IMG/VR virus record: IMGVR_UViG_3300037258_000282
Span: 88,590 to 152,589 of that record
DNA: 64,000 nt
Source of the DNA: a virus
Reading direction: 5' to 3' (one strand)
The translations under genes were made by a program, and so were the position numbers. The notes beneath the pieces were generated by a model. That model was not told the origin of the DNA and searched no databases. It worked only from the letters and a program-made list of their open reading frames with translations. Within the stretch, counting starts at the first letter, position 1. The number at the start of each line of letters is the position of its first letter. Shown here piece by piece: positions 56,241 through 64,000 of the stretch.

Positions 56241-56837
56241 ATGACCAAGCACTTTGAATTTACCGATGAGACTTTATTCGACTCCGGAATAATCCTCAGG
56301 AGGATTCGTGCTACTCGGAATATTCCAATCTATGGGGTAGAGACCGGAGACCTCGGGGGATGGATCGAGCGCGAGGAGAACCTATCGGACTCCGGATGGG
56401 TCTATGAAGACGCTCGAGTCTATGGGGACGCCATGGTCTATGGGGACGCTATGGTCTATGAAGACGCTCTGGTCTATGGAAGCGCTAAGGTCTACGGGAG
56501 CGCTCGGGTTTTCGGGGACGCTCGGGTCTTCGAGAGCGCTTTGGTCTATGGGGACGCGGAGGTCTATGGAAGCGCTTATGTCCATGGGAACGCTCAGGTC
56601 TATGGGTACGCGGAGGTCTATGGAAGCGCTAAGGTCTACGGGAGCGCTCGGGTCTTCGGGGACGCTCGGGTCTTCGAGAGCGCTCAGGTCTATGGGGACG
56701 CTCAGGTCTATGAAGACGCTTTGGTCTATGAAGGCGCTAAGGTCTATGGGGACGCTAAGGTCTATGGGAGAGCTCGGGTCTTCAGAAACTCCGTGATCTC
56801 TGGCTCAACCCACGTCACTCTAGATCTTAGATCGTAA
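56241..56837 (+). CDS. Hexapeptide-repeat protein, array copy 1
   Basis: KHFEFT...GDLGGWIEREENLSDSGWV plus VxGxAx repeats; AGGAGG SD. Confidence 0.85.
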   Translation: MTKHFEFTDETLFDSGIILRRIRATRNIPIYGVETGDLGGWIEREENLSDSGWVYEDARVYGDAMVYGDAMVYEDALVYGSAKVYGSARVFGDARVFESALVYGDAEVYGSAYVHGNAQVYGYAEVYGSAKVYGSARVFGDARVFESAQVYGDAQVYEDALVYEGAKVYGDAKVYGRARVFRNSVISGSTHVTLDLRS

Positions 56838-56847
56838 AGCGCGACCA

Positions 56848-56876
56848 TTGACATCGAAGCGAGATCTTGATAAGGT
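56848..56876 (+). promoter_or_regulatory. sigma70-like early promoter
   Basis: TTGACA-N17-TAAGGT with TG. Confidence 0.65.
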
Positions 56877-56902
56877 ATCTTCCATTGGATAGGAGGTTCG
56901 AC

Positions 56903-57457
56903 ATGGCTAATCACTTCGAGTTCACCGGTGAGACTACTACCTTCGATGGAGTCACCCTCCGTAGGATCAGGGCTACTCGAGATATACCCGAGTACGCCGT
57001 CGCCGTCGGAGACCTCGGGGGATGGATCGAGCGCGAGGAGAACCTATCGGACTCCGGATGGGTCGATGGAGAGGCCAAGGTCTATGGGGACGCTCGGGTC
57101 TTCGGGAACGCTCTGGTCTCCGGGAGCGCTCAGGTCTTCGGGGACGCTCGGGTCTTCGGGTACGCTCAGGTCTTCGGGTACGCTCGGGTCTTCGGGAGCG
57201 CTCAGGTCTTCGGGAACGCTCGGGTCTATAATTCCACGATCGAGCCGTCGATCGTGGACCGAATCTATGAGACGCCCGGCGCGCAGCTATCCGAAAAGGA
57301 CTGTAGGAAGACTGCGGTAAGTTCATTCGTTGAAAATATCGTGAAGTCAATGATCCACGGCTCCGACGCCCCACTCGCGAAGTTGTCCGTAGAATTCACC
57401 GACGGGACGAAGATCACTGTCGATCTCCCGAAGCGGTCCAAGCGCGCGGCAGATTAG
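56903..57457 (+). CDS. Hexapeptide-repeat protein, array copy 2, with unique C-terminal domain
   Basis: MANHFEFTG start after AGGAGG; short repeat tract; C-terminus LSVEFTDGTKITVD. Confidence 0.85.
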   Translation: MANHFEFTGETTTFDGVTLRRIRATRDIPEYAVAVGDLGGWIEREENLSDSGWVDGEAKVYGDARVFGNALVSGSAQVFGDARVFGYAQVFGYARVFGSAQVFGNARVYNSTIEPSIVDRIYETPGAQLSEKDCRKTAVSSFVENIVKSMIHGSDAPLAKLSVEFTDGTKITVDLPKRSKRAAD

Positions 57458-57458
57458 A

Positions 57459-57487
57459 TTGACATATGCCCACGATCCTGATAATCT
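57459..57487 (+). promoter_or_regulatory. sigma70-like early promoter (duplicated at 60603)
   Basis: TTGACA-N17-TAATCT with TG. Confidence 0.65.
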
Positions 57488-57499
57488 GGAAATGAGGAG

Positions 57500-57724
57500 T
57501 TGCACGAGATGATAGAGAAAGCGGATTATCAGAGGACCGAGCTCGGTTCCATCATCGGAAAGACTGTAAAGTCGATAACGCATGACTATAGGGCCCCGAT
57601 GGCTCGATTCACCGTTGAGTTCACCGATGGAATGAAGATGTCGGTCGATCACTCTGGAATGTTCGACTCGAATGGGTATCTGTTCGACACTGACTCGATA
57701 AGGTACCCATATGAGAGGACTTGA
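57500..57724 (+). CDS. Hypothetical protein
   Basis: IIGKTVKSI...FTVEFTDGMKMSV; downstream of a promoter and SD. Confidence 0.6.
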   Translation: MHEMIEKADYQRTELGSIIGKTVKSITHDYRAPMARFTVEFTDGMKMSVDHSGMFDSNGYLFDTDSIRYPYERT

Positions 57725-57965
57725 TCGCGACCACCACCGCCCTCCCATGCACATCGGATATTCTAAGGGAACATGGGTGATGTTTCTCGAGAACGGCGAG
57801 CCACCCATGCGGTTTGACTCCATCGTGTCCATAGAAGCGTTCTGTGAGGCGAGATGGCCGCATGAGTATGGGCCCAAGAATCAGAGGGCTGAACGCGAGA
57901 GTATTAGAGACGACAACGTCAGGTGGTTTAACTCCTGGCCTAAGTTTAACCGGAGAAAAAGATGA
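57711..57965 (+). CDS. Hypothetical protein
   Basis: 84 aa; ATGA overlap with the next gene. Confidence 0.55.
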   Translation: MRGLDRDHHRPPMHIGYSKGTWVMFLENGEPPMRFDSIVSIEAFCEARWPHEYGPKNQRAERESIRDDNVRWFNSWPKFNRRKR

Positions 57966-58789
57966 GCAGTCACTACAGGCTTACCGAAGAGACTATGACT
58001 CTCGATAAGACAGTACTTCATAGAATTCAGGCTCTCCGAGATATTCCAATCTATGGGGTAGAGACCGGAGACCTCGGGGGATGGATCGAGAGGGAAGATA
58101 ACTTATCGGACTCCGGATGGGTCGGGGAAGAGGCCATGGTCTACGGGGACGCTCGGGTCTATGGGGACGCTTGGGTCTGTGGGGACGCTCGGGTTTTCGG
58201 GAGCGCTTTGGTCTATGGGGACGCTTGGGTCTTCGGGAGCGCTTTGGTCTATGGGGACGCCATGGTCTATGAGAGCGCTCGGGTCTTCGGGAGCGCTCGG
58301 GTCTTCGGGAGCGCTTTGGTCTCCGGGAGCGCTCAGGTCTATGGGGACGCTCGGGTCTATGGGAGCGCTCGGGTCTATGGGGACGCCATGGTCTATGGGG
58401 ACGCTCGGGTCTTCGGGAGCGCTCAGGTCTCCGGGAGCGCTTGGGTCTCCGAGAGCGCTTTGGTCTATGGGGACGCTTGGGTCTACGGGGACGCTCGGGT
58501 CTTCGAGAGCGCATGGATCTACGGGGAAGCGGAGATCTCCGGGAACTCGAAGGTCTCCGAGAGCGCTCGAGTCTATGGGAGCGCTTGGGTCTCCGGGAGC
58601 GCTCGGGTCTATGGGAGCGCTGAGATCTATGACGCTCGAGTCTCCGGGAGCGCTCGAGTCTCCGGGAGCGCTTTGGTCTCCGGGAGCGCTCGTGTCTATG
58701 GGAACGCTCGTGTATATGGGGACGCGGGGGTCGGAGGAGAGACCGTGGTCTATGACTCAACCCACGTTACTAGGAGTTTGCGTCTATGA
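57962..58789 (+). CDS. Hexapeptide-repeat protein, array copy 3
   Basis: MSSHYRLTEETMT...GDLGGWIEREDNLSDSGWV plus a long repeat tract. Confidence 0.85.
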   Translation: MSSHYRLTEETMTLDKTVLHRIQALRDIPIYGVETGDLGGWIEREDNLSDSGWVGEEAMVYGDARVYGDAWVCGDARVFGSALVYGDAWVFGSALVYGDAMVYESARVFGSARVFGSALVSGSAQVYGDARVYGSARVYGDAMVYGDARVFGSAQVSGSAWVSESALVYGDAWVYGDARVFESAWIYGEAEISGNSKVSESARVYGSAWVSGSARVYGSAEIYDARVSGSARVSGSALVSGSARVYGNARVYGDAGVGGETVVYDSTHVTRSLRL

Positions 58790-59277
58790 AGCACTTTGAG
58801 TTCACCGGAGAGACTTTATCCGACTATGGAGTCACTCTCAGAAGGATTCGGGCTACTCAAGATATTCCAGTCTGTGGAGTCAAGGCCGGAGACCTCGGGG
58901 GATGGATCGAGCGAGAGGAGAACCTATCGGACTCCGGATGGGTCGGGGAAGAGGCCAAGGTCTACGGGAGCGCTCAGGTCTCCGGGAGCGCTTGGGTCTC
59001 CGGGAGCGCTCAGGTCTATGGGGACGCCTGGATCTACGAGAGAGCTCGAGTCAATGAAAGTGCTAAAGTCTACGAGAACGCTCAAGCCTACGGAAGCGCC
59101 TGGATCTACGAGAGCGCTCAGGTCTACGGGTGCGCGGATGTCTACGGGAGCGCGGATGTCTACGGGCGCGCCCAGGTCTTTGGGAGCGCTCGAGTCTACG
59201 GGAACGCGGATGTCTTTGGGAGCGCTCAGGTCTATGGGGACGCGGAGGTCTATGGGAGCGCGGAGGTCTACTTCTGA
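58786..59277 (+). CDS. Hexapeptide-repeat protein, array copy 4
   Basis: MKHFEFTGETL head; ATGA overlap. Confidence 0.85.
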   Translation: MKHFEFTGETLSDYGVTLRRIRATQDIPVCGVKAGDLGGWIEREENLSDSGWVGEEAKVYGSAQVSGSAWVSGSAQVYGDAWIYERARVNESAKVYENAQAYGSAWIYESAQVYGCADVYGSADVYGRAQVFGSARVYGNADVFGSAQVYGDAEVYGSAEVYF

Positions 59278-59359
59278 GGACTACGGTGGTTTAACCGGAG
59301 AAAAAGATGAGCAGCTATCGTCACTACAGGCTTACAGGTGGTTTTAACCGGAGAAAAAG

Positions 59360-59956
59360 ATGAGCAGCTATCGTCACTACAAGCTTACCGAAGAGACTAT
59401 GACTCTCGATAAGACAGTACTTCATAGAATTCAAGCTCTCCGAGATATCCCGAGAGCTATGGTTAGAGTCGGAGACCTCGGGGGATGGATCGAGCGAGAG
59501 GAGAACCTATCGGACTCCGGATGGGTCGATGGAGAGGCCAAGGTCTACGGGGACGCTCGAGTCTCTGAGGATGCTCAGGTCTATGGGTACGCGGAGGTCT
59601 ATGGAAGCGCTAAGGTCTACGGGAGCGCTCGGGTCTTCGGGTACGCTCGGGTCTTCGAGAGCGCGGAGGTCTACGGGGACGCTCGAGTCTATGGAGACCC
59701 ATGGGTCTATGGAGAAGCTCGAGTCTTTGGGTACGCCCGAGTCTATGGCGACGCGCGCGTATATGACTTCAGAAAAGTCTACGGAAGCGATGAGGTCTAT
59801 AACAACGCCCAAAGCTTGAAACAAGAGCCGGGGCCCGCGCCCACTGAGAGATCTACTGAGAGATCCGAGTCTACAGACTCTTCGCTTCCTAAGCTTCCTA
59901 AGATCTCAATAGAGTTCGTAGATGGAGTAGTGAAGATCGCGATAGGTCTGAAGTGA
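59360..59956 (+). CDS. Hexapeptide-repeat protein, array copy 5, with unique C-terminal tail
   Basis: MSSYRHYKLTEETMT head; ends ISIEFVDGVVKIAIGLK. Confidence 0.85.
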   Translation: MSSYRHYKLTEETMTLDKTVLHRIQALRDIPRAMVRVGDLGGWIEREENLSDSGWVDGEAKVYGDARVSEDAQVYGYAEVYGSAKVYGSARVFGYARVFESAEVYGDARVYGDPWVYGEARVFGYARVYGDARVYDFRKVYGSDEVYNNAQSLKQEPGPAPTERSTERSESTDSSLPKLPKISIEFVDGVVKIAIGLK

Positions 59957-59983
59957 AGATCGTCGTCGACATGGGATCCTAAC

Positions 59984-60625
59984 ATGAAGCACTTCGAGTT
60001 CACCAGAGAGACTTTATTCTTCAATGGAGTCACCCTTCATCGAATTCAAGCTCTCCGAGATATCCCGAGAGCTAAGGTTAGAGTCGGAGACCTCGGGGGG
60101 TGGATCGAGAGGGAAGATAACTTATCGGACTCCGGATGGGTCGGGGAAGAGGCCAAGGTCTTCGGGAACGCGGAGGTCTTTGGAAACTCTCGGGTCTTCG
60201 GGAGCGCTCGGGTCTCAGGGGACGCTTGGGTCTACGGGGACGCTTGGGTCTTTGGGCGCGCTCTGGTCTCAGGGGACGCTTGGGTCTCCGGGGACGCATG
60301 GATCTACGGGCGCGCTCTGGTCTCCGGGGACGCGTGGGTCTTCGGGGAAGCGGAGGTCTCCGGGAACTCGAAGGTCTACGAGAGCGCTCGAGTCTCCGGG
60401 AGCGCTTGGGTCTCCGGAAGCGCTCGGGTCTATGGGAGCGCTGAGGTCTATGACGCCGGACGAGTATATCAAGACGCCAAGGTCTTCGGGAACGCTAGAG
60501 TCAATGGCATCGCCCTAGTCTCCGGGAGCGCTCGAGTCTCCGGGAGCGCTCAACCCACGTTACGGAACGAAGATCACTGTCGGTCCGAGTGCGCGCGCGA
60601 GATTGACATAGGCCCACGATCCTGA
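59984..60625 (+). CDS. Hexapeptide-repeat protein, array copy 6
   Basis: Chimeric head (KHFEFT plus HRIQALRDIPRA). Confidence 0.85.
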   Translation: MKHFEFTRETLFFNGVTLHRIQALRDIPRAKVRVGDLGGWIEREDNLSDSGWVGEEAKVFGNAEVFGNSRVFGSARVSGDAWVYGDAWVFGRALVSGDAWVSGDAWIYGRALVSGDAWVFGEAEVSGNSKVYESARVSGSAWVSGSARVYGSAEVYDAGRVYQDAKVFGNARVNGIALVSGSARVSGSAQPTLRNEDHCRSECAREIDIGPRS

Positions 60626-60631
60626 TAATCT
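60603..60631 (+). promoter_or_regulatory. sigma70-like early promoter (copy of 57459)
   Basis: TTGACA-N17-TAATCT. Confidence 0.65.
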
Positions 60632-60715
60632 GGAAATGAGGAGTTGCACGAGATGATAGAGAAAGCGGATTATCAGAGGACCGAGCTCGGTTCCATCATC
60701 GGAGAGTTCGCGTCT

Positions 60716-61354
60716 ATGAAGCACTTTGAGTTCACGGGAGAGACTCTACTCCACTCTGGAGTCACTCTCAGAAGGATTCGGGCTACTCGGGATATTCCAA
60801 TCCATGGAGTCAAGACTGGAGACCTCGGTGGATGGATCGAGCGCGAGGAGAACCTATCGGACTCCGGATGGGTCGGGGAAGAGGCCAAGGTCTCCGGGTA
60901 CGCTCGTGTCTACGGGGACGCTCAGGTCTCCGGGAACGCTCATGTCTTCGGGTACGCATGGATCTACGAGAGAGCTCGAGTCAATGGAAGTGCTAAAGTC
61001 TACGGGAGCGCTCGTGTCTATGGGAACGCCTGGATCTACGAGAGCGCTCATGTCTTCGGGTACGCATGGATCTATGGGAGCGCTCGTGTCTACGGGTATG
61101 CTCAGGTCTCCGGGAACTCGAAGGTCTCCGAGAGCGCTCGAGTCTATGGGAGCGCTCAGGTCTATGGGAGCGCTCAGGTCTCCGGGGACGCTCGGGTCTT
61201 CGGGCGCGCTCGGGTCTATGGGCGCGCTCAGGTCTATGGGGACGCTTTGGTCTATGGAGACGACGCTTTGGTCTATGGAGACGCTTTGGTCTATGGGGGC
61301 GCTCGGGTCGGAGGAGAGACCGTGGTCTATGGCTCAACCCATGTATGTTACTAG
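60716..61354 (+). CDS. Hexapeptide-repeat protein, array copy 7 (possible in-frame N-extension from 60644)
   Basis: MKHFEFTGETL at 60716; the upstream in-frame segment copies the first 20 codons of the 57500 gene. Confidence 0.85.
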   Translation: MKHFEFTGETLLHSGVTLRRIRATRDIPIHGVKTGDLGGWIEREENLSDSGWVGEEAKVSGYARVYGDAQVSGNAHVFGYAWIYERARVNGSAKVYGSARVYGNAWIYESAHVFGYAWIYGSARVYGYAQVSGNSKVSESARVYGSAQVYGSAQVSGDARVFGRARVYGRAQVYGDALVYGDDALVYGDALVYGGARVGGETVVYGSTHVCY

Positions 61355-61366
61355 GAGTTCGCGTCT

Positions 61367-62131
61367 ATGAAGCACTTTGAGTTCACGGGAGAGACTCTGG
61401 AGTCACTCTCCACGGGAGAGACTCTACACTCTGGAGTCACTCTCAGAAGGATTCGGGCTACTCAAGATATTCCGAATGGAGGAGTCAAGGCCGGAGACCT
61501 CGGGGGATGGATCGAGAGGGAAGATAACTTATCGGACTCCGGATGGGTCGGGGAAGAGGCCAAGGTCTCCGGGCGCGCGCGGGTCTTCGGGGACGCCATG
61601 GTCTTCAGGAGCGCTTGGGTCTATGGGAGCGCTCAGGTCTCCGGGAGCGCTTGGGTCTGTGGGGACGCCATGGTCTATGGGGACGCTCAGGCCTTTGGGT
61701 GCTCCCGAGTCTTTGGGGACGCTGAGGTCTTTGGGGACGCTCTGGTCTATGGGGACGCGAGGGTCTTTGGAAACTCTCGGATCTACGAGAGCGCGCTGGT
61801 CTTCGGGTACGCTCAGGTCTCCGGGAACGCTCATGTCTTCGGTGACGCTCACGTTCGTGGGAGCGCTCGGGTCTTCGTGGACGCGAAGGTCTCCGGGCGC
61901 GCTCGGGTCTTCGGGAGCGCTCTGGTCTTCGGGTACGCTCAGGTCTTCGGGAGCGCTCGTGTCTATGGGGACGCTCAGGTCTTTGGGCGCGCCCTAGTCT
62001 ATGGGGACGCTCGGGTCTATGGGGACGCTCTGGTCTATGGGGACGCTGAAGTCCTCGAGCGCGCGGAGGTCTACGGGGACGCTGAAGTCTATGGAGGCGC
62101 GCTCTACGGTACTCATAGGAGACATGACTAA
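61367..62131 (+). CDS. Hexapeptide-repeat protein, array copy 8
   Basis: Head with an internal duplication (ETLESLSTGETLHSGVTL); long repeat tract. Confidence 0.85.
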   Translation: MKHFEFTGETLESLSTGETLHSGVTLRRIRATQDIPNGGVKAGDLGGWIEREDNLSDSGWVGEEAKVSGRARVFGDAMVFRSAWVYGSAQVSGSAWVCGDAMVYGDAQAFGCSRVFGDAEVFGDALVYGDARVFGNSRIYESALVFGYAQVSGNAHVFGDAHVRGSARVFVDAKVSGRARVFGSALVFGYAQVFGSARVYGDAQVFGRALVYGDARVYGDALVYGDAEVLERAEVYGDAEVYGGALYGTHRRHD

Positions 62132-62630
62132 GCACTTTGAGTTCACGGGAGAGACTCTACGGAAGCGCCTGGGTAACTCTCGAGTCTATGGGAACGCCTG
62201 GATCGCTCCTAGTCTCTACGGGGACGCGCCTGGATCAGAGCGGACTCAGACTCCGAGAGCGAACTCCAGCGAACTCCAGCGGACTCCAGCGGAAGAGAGT
62301 GAACTCCAGCAGACTCCAGCAGACTCCAGCAGACTTCAGCGAACTCCAGCGGACTCCAGCAGAAGAGAGCAGACTCCAGCAAACTCCAGCAAACTCCAGC
62401 AGACTCCAGCAGACTCCAGCAGACTCCAGCGGAAGAGAGCGGACTCCAGCAGACTCCAGCAGACTCCAGCAGACTCCAGCAGACTCCAGCAGACTCCAGC
62501 GGAAGAGAGCGGACTCCAGCGAACTCCAGCGGACTCCAGCGGACTCCAGCGGACTCCAGCAGACTCCAGCAGGAGAGCGAACTCCAGCGAACTCCAGCAG
62601 ACTTCAGCAGACTCCAGCGGACTCCAGTAG
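62124..62630 (+). pseudogene. Degenerate paralogue head (MTKHFEFTGETL) fused in frame to the 10-bp satellite
   Basis: AGGAG SD plus ATG 62124; scrambled repeat fragments, then TPADSSRLQQ-type decapeptides up to TAG 62628-62630. Confidence 0.55.
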
Positions 62631-64000
62631 ACTCCAGCAGAAGAGAGCGAACTCCAGCAGACTCCAGCAGACTCCAGCAGACTCCAGCAGACTTCAGCAG
62701 ACTCCAGCAAACTCCAGCAAACTCCAGCAGACTCCAGCGGAAGAGTCCAGACTCCAGCAGACTTCAGCAGACTTCAGCGAACTCCAGCGGACTCCAGCAG
62801 ACTCCAGCAGACTCCAGCAGACAGACTCCAGCAGACTCCAGCGGAAGAGTCCAGACTCCAGCAGACTTCAGCAGACTTCAGCAGACTTCAGCGAACTCCA
62901 GCGGACTCCAGCAAACTCCAGCAGACTCCAGCGGAAGAGAGCGGACTCCAGCAGAAGAGAGCAGACTCCAGCAAACTCCAGCAAACTCCAGCAGACTCCA
63001 GCAGACTCCAGCGGAAGAGAGCGGACTCCAGCGGGAAGAGAGCGGACTCCAGCAAACTCCGGCAGACTCCAGCAGAAGAGAGCGAACTCCAGCAAACTCC
63101 GGCAGACTCCAGCGGAAGAGAGCGGACTCCAGCGGAAGAGAGCGGACTCCAGCAAACTCCGGCAGACTCCAGCGGAAGAGAGCGGACTCCAGCAAACTCC
63201 GGCAGACTCCAGCGGAAGAGAGCGGACTCCAGCAAACTCCGGCAGACTCCAGCGGAAGAGAGCGGACTCCAGCAAACTCCGGCAGACTCCAGCGGAAGAG
63301 AGCGGACTCCAGCAGACTTCAGCAGACTCCAGCAGACTCCAGCGGAAGAGAGCGGACTCCAGCAGAAGAGAGCAGACTCCAGCAAACTCCAGCAAACTCC
63401 AGCAGACTCCAGCAGACTCCAGCGGAAGAGAGCGGACTCCAGCAGACTCCAGCGGACTCCAGCGGACTCCAGCAGCTCCGAGCGAACTCCAGCGGACTCC
63501 AGCAGACTCCGAGCGAACTCCAGCAGACTCCAGCGGACTCCAGCGGACTCCAGCAAACTCCGGCAGACTCCAGCGGAAGAGAGCGGACTCCAGCAGACTC
63601 CGGCAGACTCCAGCAGACTCCAGCAGACTCCAGCAAACTCCAGCAGACTCCAGCGGAAGAGAGCGGACTCCAGCAGACTCCAGCAGAAGAGAGCGAACTC
63701 CAGCGGACTCCAGCAGACTCCAGCGGAAGAGAGCGGACTCCAGCAGCTCCGAGCGAACTCCAGCGGACTCCAGCAGACTCCGAGCGAACTCCAGCAGACT
63801 CCAGCGGACTCCAGCGGAAGAGAGCAAACTCCGGCAGACTCCAGCGGAAGAGAGCAGACTCCAGCAGACTCCAGCAGACTCCAGCAGACTCCAGCAGACT
63901 CCAGCAAACTCCAGCAGACTCCAGCGGAAGAGAGCGGACTCCAGCAGACTCCAGCAGAAGAGAGCGAACTCCAGCGGACTCCAGCAGACTCCAGCGGAAG
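62240..64000. repeat. 10-bp-period satellite (ACTCCAGCAG and variants), >1.7 kb, continues past window end
   Basis: Units are ACTCC/AAGAG/ACTTC followed by AGCAG/AGCGG/AGCAA/AGCGA/GGCAG; four exact 40-bp higher-order copies at 63141-63300. Confidence 0.97.

Larger units (their letters stand above)
56400..62105 (+). repeat. Dispersed tracts of an 18-bp coding repeat (consensus GTC TAT GGG GAC GCT CGG); inverted tracts at about 48780-48990 and 50095-50625
   Basis: Directly visible; unit pattern RTC TNY GRG NNC GCN NNG. Confidence 0.95.

Noticed and set aside
56241-62131. A canonical diversity-generating retroelement
   Set aside because: No reverse transcriptase, Avd or clear TR/VR pair in the window, and unit alleles recur, which favours recombination. 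Kept only as a testable hypothesis.
56241-62131. Annotation as LpxA/LpxD-type acyltransferases
   Set aside because: Only the hexapeptide periodicity is shared; no catalytic or substrate-binding regions are recognisable.
48776-62135. Many alternative-frame ORFs (SMGTLG, RPERSR, PIDPSV and GLRERS repeats) over the hexapeptide genes
   Set aside because: By-products of a stop-free 18-bp repeat; only the VxGxAx frame has SDs and a conserved head domain.
62336-63907. Minus-strand LLESAGVCWS-repeat ORFs as real genes
   Set aside because: All three frames give the same peptide because the 10-mer has no stop; no distinct start context.
56241-64000. CRISPR array
   Set aside because: Both repeat types are contiguous tandem units without unique spacers; no cas genes.
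62240-64000. Chi-site array or CsrB-like GGA sponge
   Set aside because: GCTGGAG is not GCTGGTGG. The GGA motifs are not in evident hairpin loops, and CsrA is not typical of the inferred host group.

Overview
A 64-kb segment of a large T4-like myophage, probably infecting an alphaproteobacterium (it carries a permuted two-piece tmRNA with an ANDN...ARLAA tag). Positions 1-43.5 kb hold the virion morphogenesis module: portal gp20 (missed by the ORF track and interrupted by an HNH-containing intein), tail tube, sheath, terminases, neck, GH19 endolysin, fibres/tailspike, baseplate, gp4, gp2, gp26/gp51, a tape-measure-like lysin and a holin, with T4-type late promoters (TATAAATA/NATAAATA). Positions 43.5-47 kb hold gp32, gp59, gp33, two tRNA genes (one lacking a D-arm) and the tmRNA. 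Positions 47-62 kb are an early accessory region with sigma70-like promoters, RtcB, tRNA-Gln, DUF932 and ten mosaic paralogues of a hexapeptide-repeat (left-handed beta-helix-like) gene built from shared 18-bp DNA units. The array decays at about 62.2 kb into a >1.7-kb satellite of 10-bp units that runs off the window. Other notable signals are a likely -1 frameshift joining gp26 to gp51 and CTG/ATT start codons for tail tube and gp15. All calls come from reading motifs by eye; no searches were run.
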